Below are positions 1 to 11,480 of a stretch of 64,000 nucleotides of DNA, one piece after another. How positions within the stretch are numbered: the stretch's first letter is position 1; every line of letters starts with the position of its first letter. This DNA is from Geosiphon pyriformis uo1 (Eukaryota; Fungi; Glomeromycota), in contig JAAOMT010000414.1 in assembly GCA_016748015.1 (NCBI GenBank), positions 90,481 through 154,480 on the forward strand, given 5' to 3'. A program made the translations under genes and the position numbers. The notes under the pieces were generated by a model. It was given only the letters and a program-made list of their open reading frames with translations, had not been told where the DNA came from and ran no database searches.

Positions 1-24
1 TACTGAGACTCTATATTATTATAG

Positions 25-563
25 GATCGGGAATGAAGAGGATTTGGAAAATCCTTTTGTTATTTCGAAGGTTTGTTTTAATATTTTTGGTTAATATTTA
101 GTGTTATAAATCCAAAAAGTCATACATTATTTATTTACAATAGACCAAGCCGCTATTAGATAGCCAGAACAGTCTTAGTAGTCTTCAGCCTTTGCTCGGG
201 AGTTATGAAATGGATTGGGCACCATGGAGGTTCAACTTGATAATCGAGGGTGTAAACATTGAACACATACTTTTGGAAGTATATGTAAAATGTCAGAAAA
301 CAAAACCAAAAACCAAAATATCACTTGATTATGGAATCATTTACCTCAATGATGGTATTATTTTGAAAGCGTTGGGCAACTCAATAATACCATATTTTGA
401 AAAACAAATGAAAGACTATAAACCAAAGAAAGCAATATCTGAAGCGGCTGCAAAAATCTTGAAAACATTTAATGTTGTATGGTGCAAACCATTTATAATC
501 ATCAAAAATGTAGATCAGTCCGAAATTTTAAATGATGATCTTCACGTGTTTTTATTTATATAA
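25..563 (+). CDS. 3' end of a spliced host gene (exons 25-70 and 144-563), product unknown
   Basis: AG at 23-24; exon 25-70 reads IGNEEDLENPFVISK; GT..AG intron 71-143; exon 144-563 is open in phase (TKPLLDSQ...LGSYEMDWAPWRF...FLFI*). CpGs are retained, unlike the decayed repeats next to it. Confidence 0.65.
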
Positions 564-658
564 TTAAATTTTATTGGTTAATATACATGTGTTTTTAATA
601 TATTATTTATAATAAAAAATAAAATTTTATTAAATTTTATATAATATAAAACCAAATA

Positions 659-2829
659 CAGTATTACAAAATTTGAATATTATTTAATTTGTCTAATTCT
701 TCAAAAATATTATCTATGAGATTTATACTTTTTTATAGTATATTCTATTAATTTTCTATTAAGACTTTTTCTATTAAGATTCATATAACACTAATATTTT
801 CTTGAAAATTGTTTAATAGTTATTAAAGATACTAATTTAAGACTTTTAGATACTGTTCTTTGTAATTTTTTTCATGAATAATCATATTTGTTACATATAT
901 ATCTTTTAGTAATTCCTTAATATCTTTCAATAAAATTTAATTTACAATAAAATTTTAGAAAAAAAATATACTTATATTCTATATTTTTAATTAATTCTTT
1001 AATTGTATTTTTTTGAGCAAAAAAATCAGATTTTAACAAAAAACTCTTAAAAAATTTTTGATTTTTTCTTTGCATTTTTGGTATTTTAATACTAATTCTT
1101 TTGATGACTATTTTTTTTATTTTATTAATACTTGTTTAATTTCTTTAGACAATTCTTAAAGTTTTTTATCTGAATATATTTCAAAAAAATCATCAATTAT
1201 AATTAATTATCTAATTCAAAAGAAGTATCTTACATTAATGATTGCTTTTTACTTAGACTTAAATTTATCTTGTTTACAATTAAAGCATTTTTACTAAATA
1301 TTACATGATTAAAGCTATTAGCAAAAACAAATATAGCTATATAATTTAAATATAATTTTTTAAAAATTGGAATTGTTTTATATTTAATTTGTTTAAGAAA
1401 ATAATCTGCTGTTCAATAATTATCTTAATTTATACTAAATTGCAAATAGCATTGTGTTTTTTCTAATATATTAAAATAGTTTTCTATATTATTTTGTTGT
1501 AAATATAAACATCTATCAATTTTAGTTAGAAATTTACTAATTATAATTGATTTTCTATTTCTTTTTTTTCTTAGTAACAAATTTTTATGCTTAGTCTATA
1601 TGCTATGCTTGTCATTATTTGAATAAATAATTTATTTATTATGAATTACAAGAACTCTTTTTTTTTATTAAGTAAATTAAAATGTATTTAATCTATAAAT
1701 TTATTTTTATACTTTAATATATACTTTTTATGTTTATATATTTTTTCTAAAAATTCTTTTTAAGATTACAAGACATTATTTTTTTTATGTTTATTATAAT
1801 ATAAACCTTGAAAATGTTGTTGAAATGAATAACCAAAAATTTTGAATCATCTTACTACAATCATAAGACTAATAGTTTTTTTTATTATTATTCCAATATT
1901 AAAAAACAATTTATGTTCAATGAATTTTTTAAATGTGGCTGGAGTGGCATTGAAGTTTTGGTTTCTAATCCAAATATGACATCTTTTTACAATGTTTTCA
2001 TCATTAATTATTTTAATTGTTTTTTGGTGTTTTCTATGTTTTAATATTAAAAGCTTATTATTAAGCAACCAATACTTTGCAAAATATCAAATTTTTTATG
2101 CTTTTTATATACTATTATTAATAAAAATTTTCTGGGCAATTTTTAAACTGGCATTAATTCTTTCATGTCTATTATTATTATTTAACAAGATAAAATATTC
2201 AAAAATAGCTCTTTTTTAATTATATTTAAAGACAGTTAACTAAGTATGTTGTTTTTCTAAATGTTTTTTTAACTCTTGTCCTTTTTTTATTTAATTAGTA
2301 TATAGATCAACTTTACTATCTAAATTGCTTAAAAATTTAATAAATTTGGGCCATTATAAATCTGTAGTTTGAGCATTATTAATATTAAAAAAAGTGGTAA
2401 TTTTTTTAGTTCCAATTGCTGCTTTGGTAAATAAATTATTTGGTTTATATTTATTATAATAAGTTGACTTTAGTATTTTTTTGTAATGTAAGAGTTTTAC
2501 TTCTTTTTTTCTAGATAATTGTTGTTTTTTTAATTTTGTATTTATTCTAATTACAGCTTCCATATTTTTTGTATTATTTCATCTACTGTTATCATTATTG
2601 CTTTAATTTTTATTACTAATATCCAGTCTGTTAAATTTATTTACTTCAATATAATCATTTATTAAAGTAATATAATGTGTTTTTTTATATGATTCTTTTA
2701 TATTTCTAACTTGATCTTTAGCTTTTCTTTTTTTTAGAATAAAATAGTATTTTTTTATGTAATACAATATTAATCCAATGTATAATTGGTGTTTGAACAG
2801 AATTAAAGGATTTAAACTGTGTAATACTA
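659..2829 (-). mobile_element. Heavily decayed Tc1/mariner-IS630-superfamily DNA transposon (transposase pseudogene)
   Basis: After reverting transitions the minus strand gives GLYY(DG)H(ER)xDV, H(DE)..YSND, KK(G)x(G)xSI(M)IS(E)FL, FVF(D)NSxNH, KF(H)C(E)LNFIERY(W)G and KKYKSHR. Candidate TIRs: TA|cagtattacaaaatttgaa (657-677) and tttaaactgtgtaatacta|TA (2811-2831). Confidence 0.7.
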
Positions 2830-3528
2830 TACAACAAAATTGTATTACAATGGAAATAGTATTTTTAATTCAGATATATATTTATTCTTTAAATTTCTTT
2901 GGTTTTAATTTAAACTTTAATTTCTGTTTTGTAGTTCTGGATAAAAAACAATCAAAAAAAACTCTTTTAATATTCATCAAAAAAAATTTCTATTGGAATT
3001 AGAAAGATTATCTGAACTGAAAATTTAAGTAATATCAATAAAAATAATTACCACAAAAATTTTTTTAACTTATAATAAAAAATTTGAGTAAAAAAGTCTA
3101 ATATTAACAATTAAACAACTAATTCAAAAAAAACCCAATTTTCAAATTAAAGCTGATTCTTTAGAGTTAATAAAAGATTTATTGTAAATGATTATTAATT
3201 AAAAAAATAATAAGTAAGAATATTTGAAATAGATTTCAATTTTAGTGTTATAGTTAAAACCTATACTTCTTATTAATTATCACATATATTAGCCATTGAT
3301 GTTATATAATTAGCCACTCTATTTTTAGATAGTAATTATTAACTTAATCAATAACTTGACTGTTAATCTGATCATTAATCTGATTATTGACTACTTTTGA
3401 TAGCTATATAAGTAATAAATCTCTTAGCAGTAAAAAAACATGTAAGAATCAAAGAAAGAAAAAAAATAAAATAACAACTTCATCTCAATTTTTCTCTTTT
3501 CCTATCTTTAAGTATCTGAACATCTTGG

Positions 3529-4437
3529 TGTTATTCATAAAAAGAAAACAGAGATAGAGAAAATAGGAGACCAATAAGCAAATAGTATATAGCATGTGAA
3601 CACATTGCTCAGCAATGTAGAGCAATGTCAGAAAACATGGCACATTGCTCAGCAATGTGGAGCAATATTAAAAAACATAGCACATTGCTCAGTAATGTAG
3701 AGCAATATTAGAAAATGAGAGCACATTGCTCAGTAAAATGAGCATTTCTCAAGAAATTATAGCACATTACTCGGAAATATGAGCAATCTCATAAAACATC
3801 AATTATGTATATATAGTGGTAGCATTAGAAATAAAAAGAGCAGAATCCTTCCATTAGAATCTTTTAGTTAGAAATCTTTCATCCACAAATATTAAATAAA
3901 ATAAATCATTTACCATCCAAATCCACTCTCTACTATCAACATAAAGTGTTGATAGTAATTGATACTTAACCATACTGGAACAATAGCTCTTGATTACAGC
4001 TATTGATGGATTCTAACTTGCGCATTGTCTTGGCCCATTTTTTTATTTTCTTCTTTATTTTCTTTTATTTTTCTTTTCTTGATTTTATTGTTGTATACTA
4101 ACTGAGTAAAAATTAAAAGTGCTGAAGTAATTGATGTCATAGATAGCCTGGTAAAAAACTCAGAAATAAGGGTAAAATTATATATATATTAATGGATAGC
4201 TTACTAAAAGAGCATAAATGCCAAAATAAACCAGCCACCAAGCTGAAGACAGAAATTGGGAACACAACTTACCAACCAACTACATTGTTATTGAATCTCT
4301 GTTCATTATACAAAGAACTCAACTCTAAAACCTTCAGATACAATCAACATACTAATAACACCAGCATTGTCAAGATACTGAGCACCAAATTATGGATTTG
4401 TTATTTGATTTAAGACTCCAAATAATCATCTGTAACA
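3529..4437 (+). repeat. 5' LTR of A
   Basis: tgtta...tgtaaca; ~40-bp palindromic U3 repeats 3601-3790; TATATATA ~3808; matches 19078-20870. Confidence 0.92.
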
Positions 4438-4439
4438 TT

Positions 4440-4455
4440 TGGTGCTCTCTGTGAG
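4440..4455 (+). promoter_or_regulatory. Primer-binding site tggtgctctctgtgag
   Basis: Starts 2 nt after the LTR end with TGG; homologues at ~22580, ~47041, ~52392 and ~61689. Complementary to a tRNA ending ..CUCACAGRGAGCACCA; tRNA identity uncertain (elongator Met- or Ile-like). Confidence 0.8.
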
Positions 4456-7408
4456 ATATAATCCTATAGAGAACCTGCACCATCAACAATCATCCAAAAG
4501 TGGCAGAATCAGAAATCATAGGAACAAATCATTTAGGATTCACTAAATTCTTATTCCAACAGTATAGTCAACAATTAGGATTGAACAATAATCATTTCCC
4601 AGTAGAATCAGCCTTCAACTTCTATATCAACAATAAAATCACAGATTGCTTAGGAGGAACAGTTAACATTGAATTAGCAAGAGAAAACTTCTATACAGAA
4701 TTATTTCAACATACCAGCTTACCAAAAAACTACAGTTTCACACCAATTATTAGGGAAATCAATCAAACCATTGAAAGGTATACACAACAACAATTCCCCA
4801 TCACCTATGCAGATAAAGGCAAAAGAAGATTGCAAACCCCAACAGTAATACCAAAACAAATCCAACCACTCAATTGGAAAAAAACCTGAGTTGAATCATC
4901 CACCCATCCATCATACTATTATATGCCCAAAAGTATCATTAACATTTCATTAACAGATGTGTCCACATCAAACATGACATCAACCTTTGGACACTTCCCA
5001 TTTCAAAGTAAACAATGAAAAGAAGAGTTATTAGGACCATATGGTGATTACTTTGAAGGATTTAAATCACGATTGTCAATGCCATCAAGATTTCAATCAC
5101 CACTACTACAGCCAGATTTTGGAACCATGAGTTCCTAAAAATTAACAGAATCAGAAGAGGAACAAGAAGAAGAAAAAGAATCTGAAGATCAAGAATTTAC
5201 TTACCAGAACCCGATCTCAGAAAATCCAGAAATTGAAACTCCAAATTTTCAAATGCAGCAAATCAGAACAATCGAAACCCCAACATTAATAATCAACAAC
5301 ACTTACCTCCAGTAATTATGATCAATCCACCTTCAGCTCTACCAATTAACAAACAACAACAACAGTCACTCCAACCATTCCAACAACCACAGCAGCCACT
5401 TCAATAGCCACAACAACAATTACAACCACCACAACAACAACCCCAACTAGACTTAGATCCAATAGCCTATGTTCCAATAGCAAAACTCAAGAAATTCACT
5501 GGCAAAGAGAATGATGCCCAAGTATGGCTAAATGATATGAAGAAAGCCATAGTGGCTAATGGATGGAATAATGCCAGAGTCATGCAAGCCATCCCATATT
5601 TTTTCTAAAATACCACCAATTCATGGTATTAAAGCCTGGTCAACAAACCCCAAGATTTTAATGCATTTAAAATTGAGTTCTTAAGATACTTCAGCAACAA
5701 CAACAGCATTAACAAGCTAGCAAACATCTTCACTACCATCAAACAAGGGGAAAATGAAGCAGTCACTACTTACTTAGGATGCTTTTACAGGAATCTGCAC
5801 CAAATCCAAGCCATCAATGCCAATTATTTCACAGTGGCCCAGATTCTAAATCAGTTTATTTGTGAATTACATAGCAGTATCTTACAATGCTGTTACAGGA
5901 TGGTTTTCTTGTTATATTTAATTGCTGATATTCCGCTTTAATTGCAATCAGTTTTTCGTGAGTTCTTCAATTTTATTTGTGTGATAATGTCACTGTTACA
6001 CTGAAGGCTTTCTTTTTACTGTTGCAATGTAAGTTATTCTTTAATTCTTGATTGTTGTGTGTGTATATGTACTCCTTTTCAGAGGCTGAACTGAAATCTA
6101 CCCACTGTCTGGGGTCTTCTCTGAGGCTATCCTTGCAATTGCCTGATGTGTTTCTCTAATCTAGAAACACAGAATGTTAATGGTCTTTAGCGCTTTTCTA
6201 ATTCTCACAATAAAGCTTTTATCAATTAGTAACAACGTGAATAATCTTGATCAAGGATTATTCTTCCAAGAGATTCAGTTGATGAATGATAGTTTCATTC
6301 AATAAATAATACAAGTAAGTTTCTTAATACNNNNNNNNNNNNNNNNNNNNTCTTGGTTTCTGGACTGGCTGCTTGTTCCAGTGACTGGTCTTGTGATTGT
6401 TTTTTCGCTGGTCTCTTTTTCGGATTCTGATTCAGACTCCTCTTCACGGTTTTCAAACCCTGTTCTAAATTTTGGCTGAAAAAGAGGGTTTTGGAATAGT
6501 GATGAATATCCTCCTGTAATTGGTATGTCTCCCCAGTTACGTTGTTTAATTTTATCAATATAACTAGGAGTTCTTGGCATTTGTGGAGTTGATGTTGATG
6601 ATGATGCAGCTCCTAATGGAATTTGTATCTTATTTTCTGGTGAAAAATGGTATGATTTATCTTCTGGTGAATAAATACGTTGTTTCTTTATTGATTGAGT
6701 GACAGTTTTCTTTGGCATTTGAGCTGGTGTTTCTAGTTTTTGCTGGTTACTTTCCTGATTAATTTCTAAATTTTCTTTGGTTTTGTTGGCGCGTTCCCTA
6801 GTGTTTCCTGTGGATATTGGAAAATTTTCGTTGATGTATTGCTCAATTTCTCGATGGATTTTGACAATAGTTGTGGCTATTACTGCTACTTCTTTTGTAG
6901 TATATTGTGATAATTCTCTATACAATCCAAGNNNNNNNNNNNNNNNNNNNNCTTTTTGATATTTCAATCTGGTGCTTGCTGCTATCACCAGTTGGTGTTG
7001 GCTGCTATTGTGAACTGGTGCTTGCCACTATCGCGAGATGGTGTTTGCTACTATGTTAATCATTACCTTTCTAAGATTATTACTGTGCTATATTATGATT
7101 GAATAGTTTGTATTATTTTTATGATTCTTTTTGCTAAATTCTTAAACCATAACATTATCCCCTCCTTTCAAGATTGAGCTCCGTCAAAATCGAAGTTAAT
7201 TTCTTCATTAAATTCTAAGTTACTATAGTGGTTCAATACTGTGTTATTAATTTGTTGAAGTGAGTTCACAGTAGAGGGCGATTTCTGGGAAATTTAGAAT
7301 TTCTTGTGGTGTTGACGCGTTTTCTAGCTCCGTTCCGAGGTATCCAATGATGGTATCTTCCGGAATGTAGACGGGTTCTTCTGTGGTGTTTGCGATAGGA
7401 ATTTTTAT

Positions 7409-10099
7409 TCATTGAGTTTTATCAGCTGGAATAAAAAGGTTAGTAAGTCCTATGAGAAACTGTTGGCAAGTTTCTGGGTAGGGCTCAAATATTAGGTCTT
7501 TTTCTTTAATTGTCCTTTTTATTCTTATTTCTGATTTTCCATATGGTAGGAGCATGATGGACCGCTCATTTTTAATTACTTTACCTTTTTCCTCTATTGT
7601 TTCAGCAAAATTCGCTTCAATTCCTTTTCCTGTCGATCCGAAACCAAAAGTTCCTCTCGTTGTTTGTGACAATTTCTCATGATTTTCCACTGGCACAAAT
7701 TTCCCAATTTTTACCAATGGTAGGAAAATTGCTTGTGCAATCTTTTCCTTAGATTCAATAGTATAAGACTTTTCTGAATTGTTCTGTAGCAAAACCATCA
7801 AATTTCCAGTATATCCGGAGTCAATTATTCCTCCTTGAATGCTTATTCTTTTTTTCGCGAGGCTTGATCGCGATGCCATTTGAACCATTATTCCTGGCGG
7901 AATTTCAACCGCTATTTTTAGGTCGATTTTGGTGATGCTCCTGGGTGGTAACATTGTGGATTGGTCTTCCGGATAACGTAGATCGAATCCAGCGTCGGTT
8001 GGATGGGCTCTTTCGGGTATTATTCCTAAGTGCCCGTTGTCGAAGTATTGGATGTCGGTCACCTGTTCTAGGTCGGTATAGGCTACAAATTTTTCTGACT
8101 CGGGACCGTCAGGTGAGTCTTGTTGATTTATTGATTGATTTTGAGACTGCTGATTCTCAATTTCCATTTTTCTTTCTAAGTCCCTTTCGTCTTGACACTC
8201 TTCACAGCACTGACTTTGGCATGGGATGAGACAGTTTTCGCAGAGGTAAGTGTTGATTTGGGCGAGGTATTGTTCTTGCTCTTGTCGAGTGGGGCATAGT
8301 TGTTGGTAGTAGTCCTGGAATTCGTCCACTGGGTCGAACATGTTGTAGCTGGCGACTTCGTCAGCTACTTCGGCTGACTCTTTCCAACATCGTATTTCTT
8401 CGGTGGTTCCTCCTCTTACTTTGGCTTGTGCGGTGTTGTACAACTCGTCCTTGCCGTGTGAGTAGTGCTGTAGTCTTTTTAACGCTCTGTTGAACGCTGC
8501 TTCGAATGGCGTTCCTCCTCTTACCCAGTCACAGATGAGGATCGTGTATTGGCAAGTTGCGTCACACGTTCCTCCTCTGCCTGGTAAGTTGTTCCAGTTG
8601 CACCCTCTTGGTAATGGTTCTCCACAAGCGAAGCACGGTTCCTCGTCCCATTTTCCGTGTCTTTCTGGGTAACCGTATTTTTCTTTGTTACAATGGTTAT
8701 AATAGTAGTGGGTGGGGTTTCTTGGGTCTTTGTCCAGTGTGCTGCACGCAGTCATAGACGAGAGTTTCTTCTTGCAAACTGAGCATTCTAGCTTTGGTCT
8801 GCGTCGCTGGTGGTTTCTTTGTGAACTTACCTGGTTCCATTCGGATCTTTCTTCGCTGGTCCACGTTGGTACGGCTGGTAGTTCTGTTCTTTGGTCATCA
8901 GCCCAAAAGAGCTGATAGGTTTCGATGGCTGGTAGTGCTAGATTTTTCTCAAATTCAAAGGTAGGTCTTTGGTTGGCGCTGGGTTTTTGGAAGTGGCCAC
9001 AGGTGGCTGGAATTTTGGCCTGGTGGCCGTTATAATTGATCAGAAGCTCTTGAGTGGTCCAGTCTAGGGTGGCGTTGGCTTTTGTTAACCAGTCATTCCC
9101 TACTAACGCTTGATATTGTGTAGCGTCCATTACTAATACTTTTGTAGGTATTACTATGCCGTTAATTTCGAAAGGGAATGAGTCGATTTCGCCATAAGGC
9201 AGCTTTGTACTTCCATCGGCTGTTATGATTTGGGACGTCGTGGCATGATCAACTTTGAAACCCAGTTGGTTTACTAGTTGAAGTGTTACGATGCTTCCAG
9301 TGGATCCACTGTCTAAGATAAGTTTGATTGGGGTATTGTTTACAGTGGCTTCCGTATACATAGCAGTGATTGGGCATTTTTCATCCAATGCTGCTCCACT
9401 AAACATAGTCTCGTTTTCCTCTAATTCAAAAGGAAAAATAGCTGCAAGGCTGCTATCTTTGGTGGCAACTGCTGGTGGTATTGTCTGGCTCAATTTGGAG
9501 GAATTCTTGGTTCTGTTTATGTTTCTACCGTCATTGTTTCCGATGATCAGGTTTTCCGGTATATTAAGGTAAGTTTGTTGATAATTTTGGTAGTTTGGAT
9601 TGGTTTGCTGATTGGTTCCGGCGCGGTTTGGATTCCTCTGGACCAACGCGTTCTGGTTCCACATGGGCTGATTTCGGGTCTCGGGACGCCAATTCGGGTT
9701 GGCTATCATGGGCTGTTGCTGGTAAGCTCTTTGATTTTGATACGTGGTGGGATATTGGCGTGGTATTGGCATGTACTGGTTTCTGGGCATTTGGGATGGT
9801 GCGTAGTAATTATTTTCGCGTGCTTCCTGCATCATTCGCGTTCGACATTGACTAATCAAATGTCCTACGTGTTTGCAAAAATGGCAGGCGCGTGTTTCTG
9901 TTCTGAATTCCTGGCGCGACGAGCGATTATTTCGACTGTTGCTGACTTCCTGGCTGCGTCTTTGGGGTGGTTGGTATGTATTTTTTCTCAGATCCGGGAT
10001 GAGGTAACTTTCTATTTTCTTAGAGAGTTCCTCCCCTAATCGCGTTACTCTTTTCTCTAATGTTTCTGTCTTATTTTCCTCCATTACCATGTTAACCAT
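7409..10099 (-). CDS. B polyprotein: NC zinc knuckle, aspartic protease, Cys-rich domain, dUTPase, degenerate dUTPase-like domain
   Basis: CHFCKHVGHLISQC; LILDSGS; CxxC clusters; all five dUTPase motifs (AGFDL, SRSS, GGIIDSGYTG, EKIAQAI, RGTFGFGSTG). The frame continues past a TGA (probable Trp) to ~7250. Confidence 0.9.
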   Translation of the reverse strand: MVNMVMEENKTETLEKRVTRLGEELSKKIESYLIPDLRKNTYQPPQRRSQEVSNSRNNRSSRQEFRTETRACHFCKHVGHLISQCRTRMMQEARENNYYAPSQMPRNQYMPIPRQYPTTYQNQRAYQQQPMIANPNWRPETRNQPMWNQNALVQRNPNRAGTNQQTNPNYQNYQQTYLNIPENLIIGNNDGRNINRTKNSSKLSQTIPPAVATKDSSLAAIFPFELEENETMFSGAALDEKCPITAMYTEATVNNTPIKLILDSGSTGSIVTLQLVNQLGFKVDHATTSQIITADGSTKLPYGEIDSFPFEINGIVIPTKVLVMDATQYQALVGNDWLTKANATLDWTTQELLINYNGHQAKIPATCGHFQKPSANQRPTFEFEKNLALPAIETYQLFWADDQRTELPAVPTWTSEERSEWNQVSSQRNHQRRRPKLECSVCKKKLSSMTACSTLDKDPRNPTHYYYNHCNKEKYGYPERHGKWDEEPCFACGEPLPRGCNWNNLPGRGGTCDATCQYTILICDWVRGGTPFEAAFNRALKRLQHYSHGKDELYNTAQAKVRGGTTEEIRCWKESAEVADEVASYNMFDPVDEFQDYYQQLCPTRQEQEQYLAQINTYLCENCLIPCQSQCCEECQDERDLERKMEIENQQSQNQSINQQDSPDGPESEKFVAYTDLEQVTDIQYFDNGHLGIIPERAHPTDAGFDLRYPEDQSTMLPPRSITKIDLKIAVEIPPGIMVQMASRSSLAKKRISIQGGIIDSGYTGNLMVLLQNNSEKSYTIESKEKIAQAIFLPLVKIGKFVPVENHEKLSQTTRGTFGFGSTGKGIEANFAETIEEKGKVIKNERSIMLLPYGKSEIRIKRTIKEKDLIFEPYPETCQQFLIGLTNLFIPADKTQ

Positions 10100-11480
10100 T
10101 TGACTATGGTTAGCTTTTTTCTCGATTCAAGGGCTCTGGCGAGCGTAACGGCTTCTGGTAAGGAATTAGGGTGGGCAGAGCATACTCTTGCTAAAATGCT
10201 GCTTTTTAATCCTCTAATAAACTGATTTAAAACCTGAGGATCAGTGTAGTATCCTTGTTCAATCGCTTCAATCTGACGGCGAATTCGATTGAATCGAGCA
10301 AGGTATTGGGTGACAGTTTCACCGGTATTTTGCTTGATAGTATTGAATTTGTTCTGTAGTTGGATTACGGCATTTGGGTCGCTAAAATACTCCAGGAGTG
10401 CATTTTTAAATTCGGCAAAGCTCGTGGGTTTTGTTTCCAGGCTTTGATACCACGAGTCGGCTGTGCCTTTCAGGAAGAAAGATAATGTTTGAATTGCTCT
10501 TTGGTCGTTCCAGTTATTTGCCTGGATGGCTTTTTGTGCTTCTCTGAGCCATGTGTGCACGTCCGTTTCTTCTTCCTCTCCTGAGAAATCTGTTAGTCTT
10601 GCAATGTATAGTGTGGTCATTTCATTGCCGTTTTCTGCTGGTGGGTTTATTGGTCTAAGAGGAGGTGGGATAATATTTTCTTGAGCATTCCTAAAGGTGG
10701 CTTCCCTTATATCCGGTTCTTCCTTTTGATCATGAGTTTCTTGGTTTCTGGACTGGCTGCTTGTTCCAGTGACTGGTTTTGTGATTGTTTTTTCGCTGGT
10801 CTCTTTTTCGGATTCTGATTCAGACTCCTCTTCACGGTTTTCAAACCCCGTTCTAAATTTTGGCTGAAAAAGAGGGTTTTGAAATAGTGATGAATATCCT
10901 CCTATAATTGGTATGTCTCCCCAGTTACGTTGTTTAATTTTATCAATATAACTAGGAGTTTTTGGCGTTTGTGGAGTTGATGTTAATGATGATGCAGCTC
11001 CTAATGGAATTTGTATCTTATTTTCTGGTGAAAAATGGTATGATTTATCTTCTGGTGAATAAATACGTTGTTTCTTTATTGATTGAGTGACAGTTTTCTT
11101 TGGTGTTTGAGCTGGTGTTTCTAGTTTTTGCTGGTTACTTTCCTGATTAGTTTCTAAATTTTCTTTGGTTTTGTTGGTGCGTTCCCTAGTGTTTCCTGTG
11201 GATATTGGAAAATTTTTGTTGGCATATTGCTCAATTTCTCGATGGATTTTGACAAGAGTTGCGGCTATTACTGCTACTTCTTTTGTAGTGTATTGTGATA
11301 ATTCTCTATACAATCCAAGTTTTGCGTCGTGTGGTTCTTCTTCCTTTCCTATATGATAATTTATTCTGGCGTTGATATAATAAGTGAGAGCAGATTCTGC
11401 TGGACAACACCCTTCTGGTAATCCAAGATCACTTTGATTTTGTGTGTAAATAGCACGGCAGAATTCAAGAACAGTAAGAT
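10084..11480 (-). CDS. B gag (N-terminal extension plus capsid); 5' end in gap; small deletion frameshifts it from the downstream ORF
   Basis: IARLTDFSGEEEETDVHTWL, LKGTADSWY, KQNTGETVTQY and QFIRGL capsid motifs. Confidence 0.85.

Noticed and set aside
3601-3790. CRISPR-like array of palindromic repeats
   Set aside because: Spacers are near-identical, there are no cas genes, the context is eukaryotic, and the array is part of LTR U3 and recurs in each A-type LTR.
3931-4005. Hammerhead ribozyme (retrozyme-like) in the LTR
   Set aside because: No CUGANGA/GAAA core with three stems could be identified.
4192-4500. LTR-encoded ORF reading through the PBS into gag (in frame in F, 61441-61750)
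   Set aside because: TAA at ..aaa taa tca.. and after the PBS is present in every copy, and the ATG at 4192 is ACA in other copies (probable ancestral ACG). Continuity is unsupported.
6351-6931. Second gag fragment inside B's 3' LTR (track ORF 6299-6988)
   Set aside because: Bounded by two ~20-N gaps and slightly different from 10740-11320; most likely a mis-scaffolded contig from another B copy.
7945-10039. Plus-strand ORFs antisense to the B polyprotein (and similar antisense ORFs over other elements)
   Set aside because: Shadow frames of coding sequence; no motifs and no conservation between copies.
10084-10130. Programmed gag-pol frameshift in B
   Set aside because: It falls inside gag before the zinc knuckle, where A-type copies read through (ELEANHAQ); this looks like a small deletion. 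In E, NC and PR share one frame.
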